Position numbers and translations under genes: made by a program. From an uncultured Dialister sp. (lineage in GTDB: Bacteria > Bacillota > Negativicutes > Veillonellales > Dialisteraceae): a stretch of DNA of 64,000 bases. The notes beneath the pieces are model-generated. The model searched no databases. It was given only the letters and a program-made list of their open reading frames with translations, and was not told where the DNA came from. The first letter of the stretch is position 1. The number at the start of each line of letters is the position of its first letter. The stretch spans positions 41,829 through 105,828 of the forward strand of contig UQYL01000003.1 of the NCBI GenBank assembly GCA_900545365.1. The letters run 5' to 3'. Positions 57,451 through 64,000 of this stretch are shown here, piece after piece.

Positions 57451-58203
57451 TTGAGAATACCGTTGATTGCGGGAAACTGGAAAATGAACGGGACCCCCGC
57501 CGGAGCGGAAGCGCTGCTTCAGAAGCTTGCGAAAGCCGCAAAGGGACGTGCGGAAATGGCGATTTTTCCGCCGTTTACCGCGATCTGGCAGGCGGAAAAA
57601 TATCTGAAAGGCACTTTCATCCGCTGGGGAGCGCAGAATGTGTATCCCGAGGAGAAAGGCGCCTATACCGGCGAAATATCCCCGGATATGCTGAGAGAGC
57701 TGGGATGCAGCTATGTGATCTGCGGGCATTCGGAAAGACGGCAGCTGCTGGGAGAGACGGATGCGTTCATCAACAGAAAAATTCATGCGCTGTTCCGTGC
57801 GGGGATCGTGCCGGTGCTGTGCGCAGGAGAAACGGCGGAAGAACGCCGGGACGGCAGAACCGCCGCTGTGCTTCAGAGAGAGATCGAAGAAGGTCTCCGC
57901 GGCATCGACGCGGCAGACGCAGGACGCATGATCATTGCCTATGAGCCGGTCTGGGCGATCGGCGCCGGACAGGCGGCTTCAGCGGAAGAAGCGGAAGAAG
58001 CGGCCGGATGGATCAGAGAATGTGTATTCCGTCTGTTCGGCAGAGAAGCGGCGGACACGGTGCGGATCCTGTACGGCGGCAGCGTCAGCAGCGTGAACAT
58101 CGAATCTTTCCTGCAAATGCCGGATATCGATGGCGCGCTGGTCGGCGGAGCCAGTCTGAATGCTGAGGAATTCATTTCTATTTACAAAAGGGCAGATGTC
58201 TGA
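57451..58203 (+). CDS. tpiA: Triose-phosphate isomerase
   Basis: TTG start. IAGNWKMN, CGHSERR, AYEPVWAIGAG. Confidence 0.96.
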   Translation: MRIPLIAGNWKMNGTPAGAEALLQKLAKAAKGRAEMAIFPPFTAIWQAEKYLKGTFIRWGAQNVYPEEKGAYTGEISPDMLRELGCSYVICGHSERRQLLGETDAFINRKIHALFRAGIVPVLCAGETAEERRDGRTAAVLQREIEEGLRGIDAADAGRMIIAYEPVWAIGAGQAASAEEAEEAAGWIRECVFRLFGREAADTVRILYGGSVSSVNIESFLQMPDIDGALVGGASLNAEEFISIYKRADV

Positions 58204-59514
<1,311 letters not shown>

Positions 59515-59530
59515 TTAAATAAATCGAATA

Positions 59531-59565
59531 AAGACAGCTGCAGAAATGCGGCTGTTTTTATTTTG
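59531..59565 (+). terminator. Candidate terminator of eno
   Basis: Imperfect stem ACAGCTGC / GCGGCTGT, followed by TTTTTATTTT. Confidence 0.6.
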
Positions 59566-59670
59566 ACAAATAGCAGGCCCTGTGCGATACTTCAAAAAAG
59601 ACGGATTTCTTGATTTTGTTTTCGGGAATATGATAGGATACAAACAATATTTTCATTGAGGTGAAAGAAT

Positions 59671-59910
59671 ATGCCGACAAAAATCAGTGTAGAAATTCTT
59701 GAAGAACTGGGCGACCTTTCCGTCAGTGCAAACGGATGGAAAAAACAGCTGACTTATACGAGCTGGAATGGGCGCAGTCCGAAATTTGATCTCCGTTCCT
59801 GGGATGGGGATCACACTTCCATGACCAAAGGACTGACCCTGACAAAAGAGGAATTGATGAATCTCCGCGATGTGCTGAATCAGCTTGATTTTGAAAAATA
59901 CGAAGATTAA
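59671..59910 (+). CDS. YdbC/PC4-like small protein (candidate ssDNA-binding fold)
   Basis: 79 aa. LTYTSWNGRSPKFDLRSWDGDHTSMTKGLTLTKEE resembles the YdbC family from memory. Visibly AT-richer than its neighbours. Confidence 0.6.
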   Translation: MPTKISVEILEELGDLSVSANGWKKQLTYTSWNGRSPKFDLRSWDGDHTSMTKGLTLTKEELMNLRDVLNQLDFEKYED

Positions 59911-59944
59911 ATTCTTTAAAGAACCGACAGGATTTTTGAAAGAC

Positions 59945-59976
59945 TAAAAAAGGCCTTTTCGAGGAGGCCTTTTTCG
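59945..59976 (+). terminator. Rho-independent terminator
   Basis: AAAGGCCT / AGGCCTTT stem, followed by TTT. Confidence 0.8.
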
Positions 59977-60015
59977 TTTATTCGGATCGCTTTCATGGTT
60001 CTGCGGAGGACAGAA

Positions 60016-61179
60016 ATGGATGGCATAATGCAGGAAAACAATAAAAGCAATATAAGACAGAGAAAAGCATATCTGTTCTGTCTTATCGGGATGGCGGTTG
60101 ACGCCGTTCTCGGCCTCCTTAAAATCTGGATGGGCTGGCAGAGCGGTTCCATTGCGGTGATCGGGGACGGATTCAATAATGTGACCGACGCAGGGTCGGT
60201 ATTTCTGCTCCTCCTCACGTTTTACTATGCGGCAAAGCCTTCGGACAGGACGCATCCCTTTGGGCACGGGCGGCTGGAATATTTGAATTCTACAATCATG
60301 GCCTCCGCCGTTCTTTACGTGGGAATATCTCTCCTGTGCAATTCTGCGGAGAAGATCATGGATCCGGAGCCAATCGAATTCAGCGGGCTGCTTGCGGCAG
60401 TGCTGATCGCCAGCATTATCGGGAAACTCCTTCTTTCCCTTGTATACAGAAAAGCGCAGAAAGAGACGGGTTCGCAGGCCTTCAGCGCCTACGGCGCGGA
60501 TTCACTTTCCGATGTGCTTTCCACGGGCGGCGTTCTTATCGCTGTGGCGGCGGAAAAAATGACGGGATTCCATATTGACGGCTGGGTCGGAGGCCTCGTG
60601 GCGCTGGCGGTCATTTATACGGGCTACAGTATCCTGAAACAGGCGGTCAATTCTATTATCGGCACGTCGCCGGACGAAGAGATCTATGAAGAAATCAGAA
60701 CCTTTATCTGTGGGATACAGGGGATATACGGTGTCCATGATCTGATCATTCACGATTACGGGCCGGGGAATCTATTCCTTTCCGCGCATGTGGAAATGGA
60801 CAGCCGGATGACGCTGATTGATAGTCACAACTTGGCGGAGCAGGCGGCAGAACGGATCAAGGAAACTTTTCACATGCAGGCGGTGATCCATGTGGATCCG
60901 AAGGCGGTGGATAATCCGAGGGCACGCATGTATGCGCGGGATCTGGAATCGGCGATTTATCGGTCGCGGCTTCCTCTGGCTTATCATGACTTTTTTGTGG
61001 AGGAATCGGGGGAAAAGATCCGGCTCTCTTTCGAGTTGACTTTCACAGAGAAATGTAAAAAGACGGATCAGGAGATCTATGAGATCCTTGATGCGGAAAT
61101 AAAGCGTTTCAATCTGCAGTACCACATCGATATGATGATAGACCGCAATTTTATAAGCGGAAAACGCTATGGGGAATGA
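60016..61179 (+). CDS. Cation diffusion facilitator (CDF) family transporter
   Basis: Six-TM cation_efflux domain (SIAVIGDGFNNVTD, GADSLSDV) plus a C-terminal cytoplasmic domain. ATG 60016 lies 6 nt after GGAGGA. Confidence 0.85.
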   Translation: MDGIMQENNKSNIRQRKAYLFCLIGMAVDAVLGLLKIWMGWQSGSIAVIGDGFNNVTDAGSVFLLLLTFYYAAKPSDRTHPFGHGRLEYLNSTIMASAVLYVGISLLCNSAEKIMDPEPIEFSGLLAAVLIASIIGKLLLSLVYRKAQKETGSQAFSAYGADSLSDVLSTGGVLIAVAAEKMTGFHIDGWVGGLVALAVIYTGYSILKQAVNSIIGTSPDEEIYEEIRTFICGIQGIYGVHDLIIHDYGPGNLFLSAHVEMDSRMTLIDSHNLAEQAAERIKETFHMQAVIHVDPKAVDNPRARMYARDLESAIYRSRLPLAYHDFFVEESGEKIRLSFELTFTEKCKKTDQEIYEILDAEIKRFNLQYHIDMMIDRNFISGKRYGE

Positions 61180-61342
61180 GGACGGGGAGCCAGGAATGGA
61201 TAAAGATATAAAGATGTGAGATGCGGATTATGGGCATTTGTCGGCACAGATCAGAATGATATAATAAAAAATAACACCTCTGCTGGAACGCGGCGGCGGG
61301 ATTGCGGCAGAATATAGAATACAGGCGGATGGATGTGGATAT

Positions 61343-62107
61343 ATGAAGAAGCAATGGAAAATACTGGCGGCTGCGGGGATCTTTATCTGCGGGGGATGGG
61401 CGCACGGCGAAGCGGCTGTACAGAACGGCGATTCCGGCGTGCTCGTCCGGTCTGTACAGCAGGCCCTGAACCGTTCCGGTTATTCCGTTGCGGTCGACGG
61501 TTCTTATGGTACAAAGACGGCCGACGCGGTGAGGGCATTCCAGAAACGCCACAGCCTGACGGCGGATGGGGTCGTTGGACCGGCAACCTACCGGGCTCTG
61601 ACTGGACAGACCCTGCCGGATGTCATTCCGGCGCGGAAAAAAGAGAAAAATCGGATTAAAGGCATGACTGACGCGGTCATGAAGAAGCAGACGGAATCGG
61701 CATCGTATCCCCAAAACGGTATCTGGCAGAATAGTATCGGCGGACTGGCGGAAGAGGTCACAAAAGAGGCAAGAAAATATATTGGGATCCCTTATCGGTT
61801 CGGCGGTACGGATACCGCCGGATTTGACTGCTCCGGATTTATTCAGTATATCTTTGAAAAAGAAGGAGTCATTCTTCCCCGCATGGCGGATGAACAGTAT
61901 CTTGTGGGAGAAAGAGTCGCCTTTGATGCGCTGGAGCCGGGAGATCTGGTCTTTTTCTCCACGTATGAGAGCGGAGTCTCTCATTCCGGCATTTATATGG
62001 GCGGTGGAAACTTTATCAGCGCAACGAGCAGCCGCGGGATCGCCGTAGCAGATATGATGAGCGGATACTGGCGGAACTGTTATGTCGGTGCGAAAAGAAT
62101 TTTATGA
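61343..62107 (+). CDS. Secreted NlpC/P60 (C40) peptidase with peptidoglycan-binding domain
   Basis: Signal peptide, PG_binding_1 repeat (VDGSYGTKTADAVRAFQ, DGVVGPATYRAL) and catalytic FDCSGFIQYIF. Confidence 0.85.
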   Translation: MKKQWKILAAAGIFICGGWAHGEAAVQNGDSGVLVRSVQQALNRSGYSVAVDGSYGTKTADAVRAFQKRHSLTADGVVGPATYRALTGQTLPDVIPARKKEKNRIKGMTDAVMKKQTESASYPQNGIWQNSIGGLAEEVTKEARKYIGIPYRFGGTDTAGFDCSGFIQYIFEKEGVILPRMADEQYLVGERVAFDALEPGDLVFFSTYESGVSHSGIYMGGGNFISATSSRGIAVADMMSGYWRNCYVGAKRIL

Positions 62108-62118
62108 AAACAAAAGCG

Positions 62119-62150
62119 GCACGGATCGATTTCCGTGTTTCTTTTTTATT
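62119..62150 (+). terminator. Candidate terminator
   Basis: CACGGA (62120-62125) / TCCGTG (62132-62137), followed by a T-rich run. Confidence 0.55.
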
Positions 62151-62176
62151 TTCTGAAAAATCCGGGGGAGGCAAAG

Positions 62177-62953
62177 ATGATTATCGGAATGATTCAGATG
62201 AAGACAGACGCCGGGGAGAAAGAGGAAAATATCAGCAGGGCATTTCATTTGATGGAAAAAGCTGCGCCCCGGTGCGGTCTCTTGATCCTGCCGGAATTAT
62301 GGATGATCGGTTATGATTTCCGAAAGATTCAGGAACAGGCGGTGTGTCCCGGCGATGCGCTGATGGAAAGTCTGTCCCGGTTTGCGGCGTATCATCGGGT
62401 GACGGTCGCGGCGGGAACCGTGCCGCTGCGCCGGGAAGGCGCTCTTTATAATACGGCGATGGTTTTCGGCCCGGACGGGTGCCTGCAGTGCACATACAGC
62501 AAAAGGAGGCTTTTTTACGGATATCTGGAATCTGAGCTCCTGCGGCCCGGAACGGGAAGCAGTCAGACAGAGATTGGCGGGGTTACGTGCGGGTTTGCGG
62601 TCTGCTATGAACTATATTTTCCGGAGCTTTTCAGCGAGATCGCCGCGCGGGGTGCGGATATGGCAATTGTTCCCATGTCGTGGCCGGCGCCCCGCATTGA
62701 GCGCATGCAGATTCTGGCAAGAGCGAGGGCGATCGAAAACGGGATGGCCGTCTGCGCGGTCAACATGGCGGGAGAATATCATGGGATCCGTATGGGAGGA
62801 CATTCCTGCTTCGTCGATCAGGAAGGGAATGTCCTGGCTGAAGCGGGAGAGAAAGAAACGATTCTTTATGCGGAGTATAATACAAATACGGAAGAAAGTA
62901 TTGGTAAACACATTGCGGCCCTTCGGGCAGAAAGGAATGCACAGCAGGGGTGA
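62177..62953 (+). CDS. Carbon-nitrogen hydrolase (nitrilase-superfamily amidohydrolase)
   Basis: 258 aa. ILPELW (Glu), catalytic Cys context FAVCYELYFPE. ATG 62177 follows GGGGGAGG. Confidence 0.85.
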   Translation: MIIGMIQMKTDAGEKEENISRAFHLMEKAAPRCGLLILPELWMIGYDFRKIQEQAVCPGDALMESLSRFAAYHRVTVAAGTVPLRREGALYNTAMVFGPDGCLQCTYSKRRLFYGYLESELLRPGTGSSQTEIGGVTCGFAVCYELYFPELFSEIAARGADMAIVPMSWPAPRIERMQILARARAIENGMAVCAVNMAGEYHGIRMGGHSCFVDQEGNVLAEAGEKETILYAEYNTNTEESIGKHIAALRAERNAQQG

Positions 62954-62958
62954 CTGTC

Positions 62959-63597
62959 ATGAAAAACTATATTGCGGAAAGAAATCAAATGGCGGCGGAC
63001 ATGGTCATCGCCGCACTGAAACGGCGGCACATTGAAGGTGTGTATGCGGAAAATAAAGAAACGGCTCTGGCCGCGGCACTGGCAATGATTCCGGAAGGAA
63101 GTTCTGTCGGCTGGGGCGGAAGCGCGAGCATTGAAGAGATCGGGCTGAAGCAGGCCGTCAAAGAAGGACCGTATTCGGTGATTGACAGAGATACGGAAAA
63201 AGATGCCGAAGAAAGAAAACAGCTGGAACGGCAGTGCTTTTTCACGGATTATTACCTGATGGGGACAAATGCCATTACAGAGGACGGCATTCTCGTGAAT
63301 CTGGACGGACGGGGGCCCCGCGTGGCGGCGCTTTGCTATGGTCCGAATCACGTCATCGTCATTGCGGGCATGAATAAATTGGTGTCCGATGTGGAAGCGG
63401 CAGTAAAAAGAGTGAGACATACCGCGGCGCCGATCAATGCGCTCCGCTTTCCCGGAGAGTCTCCCTGCCGGAAGGGCGGCCTCTGCAAAAATTGTCTTCA
63501 GCCATCCTGCATATGCAGTCAGCTGGTCATCACTCGGAACAGCATGGATCCGAACCGCATCAAAGTGATCATCGTCGGGGAAGATCTTGGGTACTGA
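62959..63597 (+). CDS. LUD-domain (lactate-utilisation LutC/YkgG-like) protein
   Basis: About 212 aa. VGWGGSASIEEIGL, GTNAITEDGILVNLDG and a C-terminal Cys cluster (CRKGGLCKNCLQPSCIC). Start is ATG 62959 or GTG 62950. Confidence 0.65.
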   Translation: MKNYIAERNQMAADMVIAALKRRHIEGVYAENKETALAAALAMIPEGSSVGWGGSASIEEIGLKQAVKEGPYSVIDRDTEKDAEERKQLERQCFFTDYYLMGTNAITEDGILVNLDGRGPRVAALCYGPNHVIVIAGMNKLVSDVEAAVKRVRHTAAPINALRFPGESPCRKGGLCKNCLQPSCICSQLVITRNSMDPNRIKVIIVGEDLGY

Positions 63598-63644
63598 GAA
63601 AGCGGTTTTTCCTTTACCTGCCATGGCACGGCGTGTATAATTAA

Positions 63645-64000
<356 letters not shown>

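Noticed and set aside
55790-57541. 583-aa ORF antisense to gap/pgk, and similar long antisense ORFs at 3252-4793, 23311-24666, 29869-31128, 37830-39110, 42735-43718 and 46376-48082
   Set aside because: All lie opposite universally conserved housekeeping genes and look like compositional artefacts.
61180-61342. Possible c-di-AMP (ydaO-type) riboswitch upstream of the NlpC/P60 hydrolase, suggested by ACGGGGAGCCA at about 61190
   Set aside because: The motif lies directly after the stop of the CDF gene, upstream of the best promoter candidate (TATAAT at about 61258). The remaining leader of about 70 nt is too short, and the second pseudo-symmetric half is missing.

Overview
This window is mostly ordinary core chromosome from a moderately GC-rich, Firmicutes/Clostridia-like bacterium. 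That placement rests on synteny and regulatory elements typical of the group: T-box, L20 leader, CggR operon and the ywlC-rpiB-ywlG-glyA order.

About 65 intact genes are present, almost all on the + strand. The main blocks are:
- thrS-infC-rpmI-rplT
- rpsO
- feoAB
- mreBCD-PBP2-minD-like-rodA
- radical-SAM pair-RNase G-trxA
- rpmE(type B)-prfA-prmC-tsaC-rpiB-glyA
- amino-acid ABC transporter
- lysA
- rpsB-tsf-pyrH-frr-uppS-cdsA-dxr-rseP-ispG-proS
- recD2-comF
- cggR-gap-pgk-tpiA-eno
- start of alaS

Three short minus-strand islands interrupt this (7577-9444, 36462-37475, 51225-53816). One intact IS200/IS605-type element lies at about 10300-11000. I found no rRNA, tRNA, CRISPR array, prophage, defence island or biosynthetic cluster.

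I do not see a convincing novel multi-gene system. The observations most worth a second look are all modest:
- a cell-shape cluster whose MreB appears to have a degenerate nucleotide-binding motif, and whose MinD homologue has no MinC or MinE
- an orphan promoter-to-terminator unit with no ORF (31157-31362), a candidate small RNA
- a 9-4-9 palindrome on the L31 type B promoter
- a 93-codon cNMP-domain-like ORF between frr and uppS
- a HutP-like gene coupled to thrS
- an acyltransferase whose conserved N-terminus has no canonical start codon

All calls come from reading the sequence and recalling family motifs. No searches were run.
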